From: Candidatus Bathyarchaeota archaeon
Lineage (GTDB): Archaea > Thermoproteota > Bathyarchaeia > Bathyarchaeales > Bathycorpusculaceae
Assembly: GCA_963826715.1 (NCBI GenBank)
Contig: CAWGYA010000002.1
Span: 416,001 to 480,000 of the forward strand
DNA: 64,000 bases
Reading direction: 5' to 3'
Part shown: positions 30,594 through 40,056 of the stretch, in pieces
Layout: each line of letters opens with the position of its first letter
How positions within the stretch are numbered: position 1 is the stretch's first letter
Notes under the pieces: generated by a model
Database searches by the model: none
Told to the model about the DNA's origin: nothing
What the model saw: the letters and a program-made list of their open reading frames with translations, nothing else
Program-made: the position numbers and the translations under genes

Positions 30594-31208
30594 ATGTTTC
30601 TCAAAGAATCCATAAGAAACCGCCGAAGCATCCGCAAATACCAACTGAAGGAAGTCCCCTGCGAATTAATATTAGAGATTTTAGAAGCCACAAGTTGGGC
30701 CCCTTCTCCCCATAACTGCCAACCATGGCGTTTTATTGTTATACAAGATACCAAAACTAAGGAGGAATTGGCTGAGGCTATGGCAGAGGCGTGGGCTGTT
30801 GATTTAATACGCGATGGTGCAACAGTGGAAAAGGCTATGCGTATGGAGCGGGTGAAACGCTTCGCCAATGCGCCAGCACTGATTCTCGCTTGTTTAACAA
30901 TGGAAGGGCTCAGAAAATTCTCTGACGCCGAGCGGCAGAACTTTGAGCGGGATTTGGCTGTAGAAAGTTTGGGGGCGACTATAGAGAACATGCTATTGGT
31001 TGCACATTCCATTGGGCTGGGAGCTTGCTGGTTCTGTTCACCAGCGTTCTGTAAGCAAACTGTGCGGGAAAAATTGAAGATCCCGCTTGACGTGGAGCCT
31101 TCGGCTTTGATTATTTTGGGTTACCCAAATGAGAAGCCACCTACTCCAGCCAAAAAGCCTCTGAGGGAAGTCTGCTATCTCGATGTCTGGGGAAGGGAGT
31201 TAAGTTGA
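30594..31208 (+). CDS. nitroreductase family protein
   Basis: RRSIRKY, APSPHNCQPWRF, GLGACW, LGYP. Confidence 0.9.
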   Translation: MFLKESIRNRRSIRKYQLKEVPCELILEILEATSWAPSPHNCQPWRFIVIQDTKTKEELAEAMAEAWAVDLIRDGATVEKAMRMERVKRFANAPALILACLTMEGLRKFSDAERQNFERDLAVESLGATIENMLLVAHSIGLGACWFCSPAFCKQTVREKLKIPLDVEPSALIILGYPNEKPPTPAKKPLREVCYLDVWGRELS

Positions 31209-31529
31209 TTTTATCATTACAAGCAACATCTTGAAGCGGTTCTTCGCCGCCACTGCATGCGGTTGGTTCGCAGGCATGATAGTGGTTTCACCTGCTTTCA
31301 GATTCAGGGTATTGCCGGCAATCGTAACTTGAGCTTGACCATCTAAAATGTAGACCATAGCATCATAGGGTGCAGTATGCTCGCTCAAACCCTGGCCAGC
31401 ATCAAATGCAAACAACGTAACTGTCCCCGCGGACTTATCGATTAGAGTGCGGCTCACCAAAGAGCCATCCTGATATGCAATCAAGTCCATGAGAGTAGAC
31501 ACTTTTGAGGTTAGATTATCCTTAGACAT
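31200..31529 (-). CDS. cupin domain protein
   Basis: FDAGQGLSEHTAP, MPANQPHAV. Confidence 0.9.
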   Translation of the reverse strand: MSKDNLTSKVSTLMDLIAYQDGSLVSRTLIDKSAGTVTLFAFDAGQGLSEHTAPYDAMVYILDGQAQVTIAGNTLNLKAGETTIMPANQPHAVAAKNRFKMLLVMIKST

Positions 31530-31562
31530 CCTGTATCATCACTATATTGTAGCTGTTGACAG

Positions 31563-31973
31563 TTATTTCTTTAGCTGTTCTTGTTCGTCTGGAATGAAAT
31601 TCATCGAAATTGAGTTAACACAGTGCCGGGTATTATTTGACGTAAAATGTTCCCCTGTGAAAACATGACCGAGGTGAGCGCCACAGTTCACACACTGGAT
31701 TTCTGTGCGGACACCATCGGGGTCGAGCAATCTCTTCACCGCACCAGGGATTTCCTCATCGAAGCTGGGCCAGCCACAGTTTGCCTCAAATTTATTTTCA
31801 GAGCGGTAAAGTTTTGCCCCACAGCGTTTACAAACATAGGTACCTTTTTCCCAGAATGCAAAGTATTTTCCTGTAAAGGGCATCTCGGTGCCTTTATTCA
31901 TTATAACATGTTCCTCTTCAGGACTAAGTTTTTTGAGTTTAGACTGATGTGGGATTGAAGACAAAATATTCAC
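31563..31973 (-). CDS. msrB: methionine-R-sulfoxide reductase
   Basis: KGTE, CKRC, GWPSF, CVNC, HLGHVF, RHCVNS. Confidence 0.95.
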   Translation of the reverse strand: MNILSSIPHQSKLKKLSPEEEHVIMNKGTEMPFTGKYFAFWEKGTYVCKRCGAKLYRSENKFEANCGWPSFDEEIPGAVKRLLDPDGVRTEIQCVNCGAHLGHVFTGEHFTSNNTRHCVNSISMNFIPDEQEQLKK

Positions 31974-32058
31974 CGCTATAATTAGCGTAATGCTTGGTAA
32001 AAACTCTTCTAAAAAAGGTTATAAGAAGCGCCTGCTTTTTTTGTAAGGAGGAAATTTT

Positions 32059-32340
32059 GTGGTTGAAATTACAAGGTTATTTTGGAAACGAGTTTATACT
32101 TCTGACGCAGTGATGTTGGGAGAACTAGAAAGCGCAGACGTAGACATGGAAACCTGGCAAGTTAAAAACTTCTTTATAGCACTAAGCGACGAAGCTATCC
32201 AAGCTCTAGGTTTTAGGCATCCGTACCTTGGCAAAGTAATAGTTTGTCTTCCTGTCTCAGAAGTTAAAACAATCAAGGATACCGCCATCTTAAACAAGAC
32301 CCTTGAAGAGTTAGGCAACATTCGCGTGTGCAAAGAATAG
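32059..32340 (+). CDS. PRC-barrel domain protein
   Basis: AAGGAGG SD; KRVYTSDAVMLGEL...D...W...P...V.....IL pattern. Confidence 0.75.
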   Translation: MVEITRLFWKRVYTSDAVMLGELESADVDMETWQVKNFFIALSDEAIQALGFRHPYLGKVIVCLPVSEVKTIKDTAILNKTLEELGNIRVCKE

Positions 32341-32661
32341 TAATTTGATAAAAACCTGGAGGGGTTCTTGGGTACCTGTAGGGTTTTCAATTTAAGTCGA
32401 AACTCCGTCTTCGCTGAAAACTCAACTGACCCTCAATCTATTGTTTTCAACATCATCGTACCTACGGCGATCTCGCATCGATCCCGGATCTCCTATCAGT
32501 GGGTAACACCGCACTTGAAGAATAATAAGCGCAATTAAACAATTTAAGACCATCCGAATTATTATTGTAGCTCTTGGAGTTATGTTGATAATCAGTATCA
32601 TAATGACCATTATCAGAGGAATTGACAAAAGCAAGAAGTAACAACTTGGCGGGAAAGAAAA

Positions 32662-33414
32662 ACGAATACTAGAAAAGTCACAAATGCTTTATTAATTTGG
32701 ATATTTTTGTCAGTTTTCCTATTATTTAGCGGTTTATTTATTGATCAAGGTCAAGCCGCCATCGTTTTCAGCTCAACCGATCAATATACAGTTCCAAACC
32801 AAAATAGCACGATCCGCTTCATCTCAAACGGATCGTTTTCATCAGCCACTATCGAGGAAGAGACCTGGACATTTAGAGACTTAAACCTCAACAATTCTTC
32901 AGCAACATTTTTGGGGTTAGAAACCGTGTCAAAACCACAAACACTCAAGTTCTCCGCGAAAAACTCCAACGTCTCAATAATTGCTTTTCAAACTTTCAAT
33001 TATTCCGCACCGATCACTATTTTGAGTTACTTGTCAGAAGGAGAAGGGACCCAAACTGCTAATTTGGGCTTAAACGTAACCCGATCCACTGACAGCAGCG
33101 AATGGAGCATAATTGTCGAAGACAATATTTTTTTAGGTGAAGGACAAGGTTGGAGTCTTCTGCCAGACAATACAGTTGTTATCTCGAAAGCAGCGCATAA
33201 CATAACGATAGTGCATTTCAACTTTAGAACTGCCTCAACAGAAAACGTTGGTTTTCTACTTCAGCATTATGTGATCTTCTTTACAAGCATTGTTTTAGCA
33301 AGTACGATCGGGTTGGCTATTATAGTAAAATTTCGCAGACAACGACTGTTAAAAAAGATTATTTTAGAAACTCAAATAAGCAATCAGGATCAAGATAGAG
33401 TTGATATTTGTTGA
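32662..33414 (+). CDS. secreted, C-terminally anchored surface protein (start possibly ACG 32662)
   Basis: Signal peptide ending QGQAA, Asn/Ser/Thr-rich beta region with NxS/T sites, C-terminal TM plus basic tail; n-region lies upstream of track start 32707. Confidence 0.7.
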   Translation, partial: TNTRKVTNALLIWIFLSVFLLFSGLFIDQGQAAIVFSSTDQYTVPNQNSTIRFISNGSFSSATIEEETWTFRDLNLNNSSATFLGLETVSKPQTLKFSAKNSNVSIIAFQTFNYSAPITILSYLSEGEGTQTANLGLNVTRSTDSSEWSIIVEDNIFLGEGQGWSLLPDNTVVISKAAHNITIVHFNFRTASTENVGFLLQHYVIFFTSIVLASTIGLAIIVKFRRQRLLKKIILETQISNQDQDRVDIC

Positions 33415-33728
33415 TTAAAGAACTCGAAAAAATAAAAACCCAGCAGATTCTCAAAGAAAGCTTGGGCTGGAATAGTATAGAATGTGCCCAGCAGGGTTTT
33501 TGGCTAAATAAATATACCTTCATCAAGGCCGACTACGTTAAGGTTGTGAGAGTAGATAGACAGATGCTTGACGGCGAAGTGGATACCGGACCCCTACCCA
33601 TGTTGGTCTTGGAAAATGTAGTTGAGATGATGGTTGACTCGGCACATAAAATTCTCGCGGTTGAAGTTAGCGAAAAAATGGGGCTGTGGCTAGATGCCTT
33701 AGGAAAAATCCTAAAAACCAACACTTAA
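33408..33728 (+). CDS. hypothetical protein
   Basis: 106-aa ORF overlapping previous stop. Confidence 0.55.
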   Translation: MLIKELEKIKTQQILKESLGWNSIECAQQGFWLNKYTFIKADYVKVVRVDRQMLDGEVDTGPLPMLVLENVVEMMVDSAHKILAVEVSEKMGLWLDALGKILKTNT

Positions 33729-34168
33729 ACTCATCTAACATACAAAAAAGTAACACCGCTAAGTAAACAAACCCTTGTCTCAAGGGTAGTTTCAAACAGA
33801 TCTGCGCAACTGCACTGAAGTTATTTTTGTGGTTGTTGAAGGAAATGTTACAAAAAATCATGAAGCTCAGAGGTGGGGATGGACTTTTGAGTTGAAGTAC
33901 AATTCTCTACCTTGCTTAGATTTCAAGGAAGTGGTTTGCATGCATATTACCGATCCACCAGTAGCTCAACGGCTTATAAAAATGAGTATCACTCAACGAT
34001 AGGAGATGGAATTGAACCCACATACTTTTGGAGACATCATCCCACTAAACTATTTGGCAGTACACTGATAAATTAGATAAACAAATTTTAAACATCTGTC
34101 TCTAAAATAAAAGACTACACTTTCAAGCACGCAGTCACCACTTTTTTATAAATAACGCATCAAGGTAA

Positions 34169-34411
34169 TTACTCGCTCCGTATGAACGCGAACCCGCTGA
34201 AAAGTGTACCAAATCCTGAAATTAGGAAAATAATGCTTGTAGCAAGAAGAACTGTTACAAAGTCGCCATAAAAAAATCCAAGATTTAGAATTACCGCGCC
34301 AGCTAAAGAATGACTAGGAATGTAGTATGCGAAAAGTATTTCCAAAACAAGAAAAATCGAACCTAAAAATAGAAAGGTGTAACCGATTCGTTTGATAAGT
34401 CTTGGAGACAT
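34169..34411 (-). CDS. small two-TM membrane protein
   Basis: ATG ORF with two hydrophobic helices. Confidence 0.55.
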   Translation of the reverse strand: MSPRLIKRIGYTFLFLGSIFLVLEILFAYYIPSHSLAGAVILNLGFFYGDFVTVLLATSIIFLISGFGTLFSGFAFIRSE

Positions 34412-34613
34412 TGTTCTATCAGTTCAATTCTTTGTTTCGTTTTGGAATATAACGTTTGTGCCTTTTTGTTATCACCGGCAAAACCTCTTTTTTTATTTAC
34501 TTTGATAGGTGGTTTTTCAATGTCTTTTATAATGCAACAGACCTAAAATTAAACACGTTATCACTGGAACGCAAATGATAAACCAAAAAACGGTATAAAT
34601 TATAGTTTAGGAA

Positions 34614-34630
34614 TGGTAGCCCGGGAGAGA
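34614..34630 (-). other. 3' end fragment of tRNA-Gln; probable att site
   Basis: Minus strand TCTCTCCCGGGCTACCA = T60, T-stem CTCTC, acceptor CCGGGCT, A73, CCA; no 5' tRNA part adjacent. Confidence 0.75.
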
Positions 34631-34790
34631 CGGGCGCCCAAGCATGAATCTATACGAAATTCGGCCTCGGGCATATAGCTCTTTTTCCCCTTTTTTATTT
34701 TTTTCAATTAATTTTGAGAGTAATCTAAATCAAATTTCTACCAGAGCATTGAAATTCGCTATTTTTGTCTTGGGAGGCTGAAATGGCGTT

Positions 34791-35333
34791 TTGGTAGAGT
34801 ACCAATCAGTTTCCCAAGTTCCGCCTAAGAATCTTATTTGTAATTTTCGTGCCCCTAACTTGGAGGAGTTTCAGCGCTGGAAGGTTTACGTTCAGTGGGC
34901 AAAAGACAATGGAATGGATGTATGTCACCTGACGCTAAGTTTAACTGATTCTTTTATGAAGGGCATAGAGGGAGCGGCTGAGGTCCGAAATGGAAAACAG
35001 GTCGTTAACATTCAGCAGAATAATGTTTTCCAGTATCAGGTTTCTAAGCCTCGCCGAGAACCGTACGACTTGAGTTGTGTAAAGAAGGAGTATCAGAAAA
35101 CAATCAGTAGTGTTCTTTTTGAGGCCTACGTTCTAAACAAGGCCAGAGACTTAACGAGGGAATTTAGCTACAGGGACTTTTTGGAGATTAAACATGACGC
35201 CTTTCGCAGAATCGTACTGCGGTTGAGGCGAAAAGGCAAGATAGTTGCTAATCCGCAACGCACGCTTCCAAGATTCTATTTTTTGGCAGAACGAGTCAGC
35301 GAATACCCACCGGATAATGGAACAATACAGTAA
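34791..35333 (+). CDS. putative DNA-binding protein (RHH-like N-terminus, winged-helix C-terminus)
   Basis: FSYRDF...AFRRIVLRLRRKGKI...RFYFL wHTH pattern; first gene inside att. Confidence 0.6.
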   Translation: MVEYQSVSQVPPKNLICNFRAPNLEEFQRWKVYVQWAKDNGMDVCHLTLSLTDSFMKGIEGAAEVRNGKQVVNIQQNNVFQYQVSKPRREPYDLSCVKKEYQKTISSVLFEAYVLNKARDLTREFSYRDFLEIKHDAFRRIVLRLRRKGKIVANPQRTLPRFYFLAERVSEYPPDNGTIQ

Positions 35334-35494
35334 AACAAATGTTTACGCAAGTTAGTACTAACTATTTCTTCTTAAAATTGTGAAAATTAGTTTATTATCT
35401 TCTCCTTGCAATTTTGTCGACTTTGAAATTCTCGTGTGTTATTTGAATAAAAACTAATAACCTAGCTAGAGTCTAAGTTAAGTTCAGGTGCCAA

Positions 35495-36163
35495 CTGCTG
35501 ACTGACAGAAAAGCGAGAACTGTTCTATGTTTAGGCCCTCGTCATAGCGGTAAATCAGTGTTCAGTTATATCTTATTTAAATCCCTTCTCGAGTTGGGAA
35601 ATGATGCCTGTGTAATGGATGGTGACTATTATGCACCAACCTATAGGCGCATACGCATAGAGGAGTTTGCAAGTCCTGATGAATACATTCGAATCTTTAC
35701 GACACCAAACGCTGTCAAACTTACAAAAATAACGGAAGATAATTTTCGAAGAGGTGTACAGAGCACCCATGACTTGATAGAATATGAAGGAACTATAGTT
35801 CTTGACGGAATAGGCAAGCATTCAGGTAGCACTGAGGCTTTGATAGAACTTGCAGATATTTTGATAGTATTGTGTTCAGACCGATTTGATGTTTCTACTG
35901 AGGCTGAGGCTTGCTCTTTCATTAAAAATAAAGTAGCTCTTCACCCCTTTGATTTCTACAATGGAAGGAAAAAGAAATGCATCTCAATTGAAACACATTA
36001 CCAGAATAAGAAAGTAGCAAGTTTCAATTCTGACAGCTTAACTGCCCAACTATTTGATCTGGAAATATCTTCCGTAAAGAAAGGTAACATTGATTTAATC
36101 CCAATTGAGACTAGAAAGACAATTCAAGAGATTGCAGAATTTATCTTAGCGAATTGGATATAG
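35495..36163 (+). CDS. P-loop NTPase (SIMIBI/Clp1-like), CTG start
   Basis: Walker A GPRHSGKS lies in frame upstream of track start 35558; D-x-D (MDGD), LDGIG; CTG CTG at 35495/35498 after CAGGTG. Confidence 0.75.
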   Translation: MLTDRKARTVLCLGPRHSGKSVFSYILFKSLLELGNDACVMDGDYYAPTYRRIRIEEFASPDEYIRIFTTPNAVKLTKITEDNFRRGVQSTHDLIEYEGTIVLDGIGKHSGSTEALIELADILIVLCSDRFDVSTEAEACSFIKNKVALHPFDFYNGRKKKCISIETHYQNKKVASFNSDSLTAQLFDLEISSVKKGNIDLIPIETRKTIQEIAEFILANWI

Positions 36164-36167
36164 ACTT

Positions 36168-37271
36168 TTACTCTACTATCTCGTATTTTGTGCCAGTTTC
36201 TCTTAGTGTTCCAACTACGATTTCAACAGCATTGCGAGGCATAGTTATAAAATCATTTTTTAATTCAATCCCCGGATAATGGTCCTTAATTCCCCTGTAA
36301 AATCTACCTCCAGGTCCTCGACCTCCGATAAGTCTTCTTATCAAAGTTTTTCTAACGAAAAAGCTTGGATTCCCTATAATTTTTATTCTAATATTCTTTT
36401 GGGAAAGCTGACCTACAACTGCTCCCATTTCGACGTCTTCCATATTTTTGGTGAAGATCGCTTCTCGATTCCCTAGCTTTATTCGCGCATTCGGTTTTAC
36501 TTTATATCCATGAAAAACGTGTCCAGCAAACGTAGGTGAATCGGTAAGGACGACAGATCCTTTCTCTCCTTTAACGCTTACAGGCAATTTTCTGAAAAGT
36601 ACTGAATGCATAAATGCTGTTTGAAGAACTTCAGTTTCTGGTTGATTATCAGCAAGAACAATAACTTCAAAGTTGTCGTTTCTTATGTGTTTAGTAAATT
36701 GTGCCTCGGGTTTCGACTTACCTATTTTTTCAAAGAATGTTTCATCATCATTAGCTATCTTTGATACCAAAGAGGCAGGTTCATTTTCCATCGTTTTTAT
36801 TAAACCTTTCAAAATTTGGATAGTTTTCGGGTCTGTGGGTGCAGTCTCTTCCTCAAATGAGGCTATCTTGTTTATTTCAATCCATCGCTTTTCCACTTTT
36901 CCGTTATAGTCTCCTGGGAAGCATTTGTAGATGCTTCTTTGAGGCATTGTAATTACTCCTTTTTCTGATAATATCTTCTTAGTTTCTGGAGTAAATACAA
37001 CAGTTTCACTTGGAACGTAAATAATTGAGTAATCGTAAGGTTCCATAGTTATCGATTTTAATGTCTCATCAGAGGAAACGGGGAAGTTCAAAATAATTAA
37101 TGAGTGATCTTCATCGGCGTATTTTTGAGGCTCTTTCCAAAACTGCTCCTTCTCATCTTCATCGATCAGACATATTTTCGAAGACTCGCCTTTTTCAGCA
37201 TAGTATCTCACTGTCAATCCTGCATTTATCAAATCTGTTAACGAATTCTTCGGAAGGACTATCGATACCAA
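36168..37271 (-). CDS. hypothetical protein, possibly inactivated DHH-DHHA1 fold
   Basis: GAGGT SD + TTG; strand/helix pattern resembles DHH motifs I-IV without metal ligands. Confidence 0.6.
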   Translation of the reverse strand: MVSIVLPKNSLTDLINAGLTVRYYAEKGESSKICLIDEDEKEQFWKEPQKYADEDHSLIILNFPVSSDETLKSITMEPYDYSIIYVPSETVVFTPETKKILSEKGVITMPQRSIYKCFPGDYNGKVEKRWIEINKIASFEEETAPTDPKTIQILKGLIKTMENEPASLVSKIANDDETFFEKIGKSKPEAQFTKHIRNDNFEVIVLADNQPETEVLQTAFMHSVLFRKLPVSVKGEKGSVVLTDSPTFAGHVFHGYKVKPNARIKLGNREAIFTKNMEDVEMGAVVGQLSQKNIRIKIIGNPSFFVRKTLIRRLIGGRGPGGRFYRGIKDHYPGIELKNDFITMPRNAVEIVVGTLRETGTKYEIVE

Positions 37272-37378
37272 ATTTTAACCTCGACTTTATAATTATGCGA
37301 TAAAACTTATAAATGTAGTCTTTTTTAGGACTACATTTTAAGAAAGGTGCCTTCTCTTGGTTGGCTGTCAATCTACCG

Positions 37379-37416
37379 CCACTACGTTTATAGACGATAG
37401 TCTATAGACGTAGTGG
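37379..37416. promoter_or_regulatory. 38-bp near-perfect palindrome (candidate operator)
   Basis: CCACTACGTTTATAGAC-GATA-GTCTATAGACGTAGTGG, 17-bp arms with one mismatch, 7 bp before TTG 37424. Confidence 0.65.
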
Positions 37417-37423
37417 ATACAGG

Positions 37424-38833
37424 TTGACAATGAGAATGACGTCTGAACCTATTTTAGGCATTCTTACTGATTGCCCGATGTCAACGTTTCAAATATGCGA
37501 AAGATTGTGGCAGAGCCACAAAATTGGAAAAGGCGCTACCTCCAAGCGGTTAGAACGATTGTGCAAAGCAGGCAAGGTTGGCAGATATTTGAGAATAAAA
37601 AATGGCGCTTATATCTATTATATTCCTAGTCTTCATTCGGCTGACCTTCTAAAACAAGTCTCTCTACGTACTGTATTAGAATCCAGTGGAACGTTGTCAA
37701 GACTTGTTCAGATTTTACATTCTGGTCGAATTCTTTCAGTTTTAGAACTCGGTAGAATTAGTAACCTCAAGTTTTACGAGAATGGCAAAATGAACCCTAA
37801 AATTGATGAGTTAATTAACAAGCTAGAAAAGCTTGGGATTGAGCGCCTTGGTACAAACCTATTACTTCCTGCACTACAGCCATCAGAAATCATCTCCTTA
37901 CAAACTCGTTACGCGGCTTCCATAGATCAAGAAGCTTATCTCCTATCTTATGCTAGAAGACTATTCTTGTCCACCGGAAAGGCCGAAGAGATGACCTTGT
38001 ACCGACAGCCTTCGGCAGATTCGCTGGCCAATAACAAGTTTGATTTATTCGGGCATGGGGGTAGAAGAAATAGGATCCGTCTCGTTGTGGAATGTAACTT
38101 GAGAAGAGAAATAACTCCAGCAGATTTAGAAAGTTTTTGCCAAAGAATTGGAGGAACAATAAAAAGGTCTAAGATGCGAAAGAAATTGACCGACCGTTCA
38201 CCAATCGCTCGGTACTATATTGGCAGCGCGTTTTCCGAAAAAGCTAAAGTTTTTGCTAAGCAAAAGAACAAAGGTATACGTCTGTTAAGTGCAGGTTCGA
38301 TTCCAAGAGGGATAATCGATGAGATTAGCCCTTACACAATGGCTTCAACTAGTCGACCTTCGTATTATGGGCGTTTTAAGGAGTTAAAAGGTCTTGCTTT
38401 TGAGGCTGAAATTGAACCAGTTTACCAATTTAGAGGCTTCAAAACAAAACGACGAAAAAAATATTATTTGCTTGGAAATGACGTAAGTGAAGTAGATACC
38501 GGAAAATCACTAACAGATGTCGATTTGTATGCTGAGAGAGGTAACGGTATCCGGGAAATAATATTAATAGAATGTAAAGCCTCTGCTGAGACTTTGACAA
38601 GGAGAAAGTTGTTCCAAAAAAATAGGAAATATCAGCTTATAGCAACCTACATCCAGAAGCAAGACCCTGCATCCAAAATAAAGATTGAGATAATTGCAAA
38701 CGTCAATAGAATTGACCAGGAGGAGCTTTTTAGTAAGTCCAAATACGAGATTGAATTCATTAGCCCAAGTCAATTCTACATGAATAATCCTACTGCTCTG
38801 AAGGGATCTTCTAAATGGATATTCTGCGGTTGA
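37424..38833 (+). CDS. winged-helix protein with two Mrr-like PD-(D/E)XK domains
   Basis: N-terminal wHTH; FDLFG...VVECN (degenerate) and GLAFE...DVDLYA...IECK (intact). Confidence 0.75.
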   Translation: MTMRMTSEPILGILTDCPMSTFQICERLWQSHKIGKGATSKRLERLCKAGKVGRYLRIKNGAYIYYIPSLHSADLLKQVSLRTVLESSGTLSRLVQILHSGRILSVLELGRISNLKFYENGKMNPKIDELINKLEKLGIERLGTNLLLPALQPSEIISLQTRYAASIDQEAYLLSYARRLFLSTGKAEEMTLYRQPSADSLANNKFDLFGHGGRRNRIRLVVECNLRREITPADLESFCQRIGGTIKRSKMRKKLTDRSPIARYYIGSAFSEKAKVFAKQKNKGIRLLSAGSIPRGIIDEISPYTMASTSRPSYYGRFKELKGLAFEAEIEPVYQFRGFKTKRRKKYYLLGNDVSEVDTGKSLTDVDLYAERGNGIREIILIECKASAETLTRRKLFQKNRKYQLIATYIQKQDPASKIKIEIIANVNRIDQEELFSKSKYEIEFISPSQFYMNNPTALKGSSKWIFCG

Positions 38834-39016
38834 TGATTCTTTATCATATTCAGATATAGTTGAAGCAACCTATGAAAAATTGCTATAGCGGGTAGGTAAA
38901 TGTGAAAAACATGTATTTTCCAAAATTCTTTATTTTACAAAAAAGATTTTTGGGGGATAATCTTTTAGGTTCTCAGTACGATCCTTTGAAACGGTAACAT
39001 TCAGGGGTTATTTGCG

Positions 39017-39985
39017 TTGAAGATCTTGTATTCGTCTGAGGATGTTCGAAATGCTATAATTGATCTGTTTAGTAATTTGCAGAAAAGGCGAGTGGCTATA
39101 GCCGCTTTTGTTGGAGACGGTGCCGAAGCATATCTCCCTAATCCGTCTGGTTTAGAGCTTTACTGTTGGCCCAAGCCAGGTAGTACAGACCCAGATACTT
39201 TGGTCGATCTTATAGAACGTGGTGCTACGGTCTATTTTGTTAACGACCTACATATGAAAGTATATTACTGTGAAAGCGTTGGAGCAGTCGTAACATCAGC
39301 GAACTTATCCACCAATGCTCTTGGTTTTGGAAACCTCTTGGAAGCAGGCGTGTTACTTTCTGCAGAAGAACTATCAATCGATGAGCTGCTTCATGACTTC
39401 AAAGCTAGACTTGCAACCCCCGAGGAAATCCATAAACTTGAGAAGCAACATAAGGATTTCAAATCCAAGTCTCCAGGACAATACATGGCTCCAAGCAAAT
39501 CCCGATCTTTTGACGAATGGTATGAGTCAGAATATTCAAAACCCTGGAAGCTGGCTGTAATAGGCGGAACCGTTAGGTTGGCGTCCGAAGCAAGACAGAT
39601 AGCCGTAAACGAATATGGAAGAAAAAATCCACATAATTGGATCTCAAGTGACATTGGTGATTACAACAAACATGATTGGATTTTGACCTTTAAACTTGAC
39701 AAAGATTCACCGACAGAATTAGGATGGCTTTCAGTCGATTATTTTGCAAAAGTATCGCCTAAGAGATATGATGGCAACCCTTGCCAATTTGTCCAGGTTT
39801 GGCCGTTGGACCGTTATACTCAGCCTCCGTTTAAGCTTGATAGGATTTTCAGAAAACATCTAAAGGAGGGCATTATTCAATATGGACGCTCAAAACTGGA
39901 AAATAAGAGAGCCCCGCCTAAGAAACTCGTGGAACAAATATACATACAATTTAAAAAAGCTAACAACTGCATAATAACAGACTAG
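39017..39985 (+). CDS. PLD-family (HKD) nuclease, NgoFVII/BfiI-like
   Basis: LHMKVY...TSANLS...NLLEAG. Confidence 0.82.
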   Translation: MKILYSSEDVRNAIIDLFSNLQKRRVAIAAFVGDGAEAYLPNPSGLELYCWPKPGSTDPDTLVDLIERGATVYFVNDLHMKVYYCESVGAVVTSANLSTNALGFGNLLEAGVLLSAEELSIDELLHDFKARLATPEEIHKLEKQHKDFKSKSPGQYMAPSKSRSFDEWYESEYSKPWKLAVIGGTVRLASEARQIAVNEYGRKNPHNWISSDIGDYNKHDWILTFKLDKDSPTELGWLSVDYFAKVSPKRYDGNPCQFVQVWPLDRYTQPPFKLDRIFRKHLKEGIIQYGRSKLENKRAPPKKLVEQIYIQFKKANNCIITD

Positions 39986-40056
39986 CAGTTAACCTTGGCA
40001 TTGCGCGCGCAGACTCAACAACAAAATCTAAACAGTCTACCTAATTCCGGGAAAGG

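Noticed and set aside
34614-34700. Intact, intron-containing or split tRNA-Gln
   Set aside because: No T-arm 5' strand, anticodon arm or D arm follows; att remnant is the simpler reading
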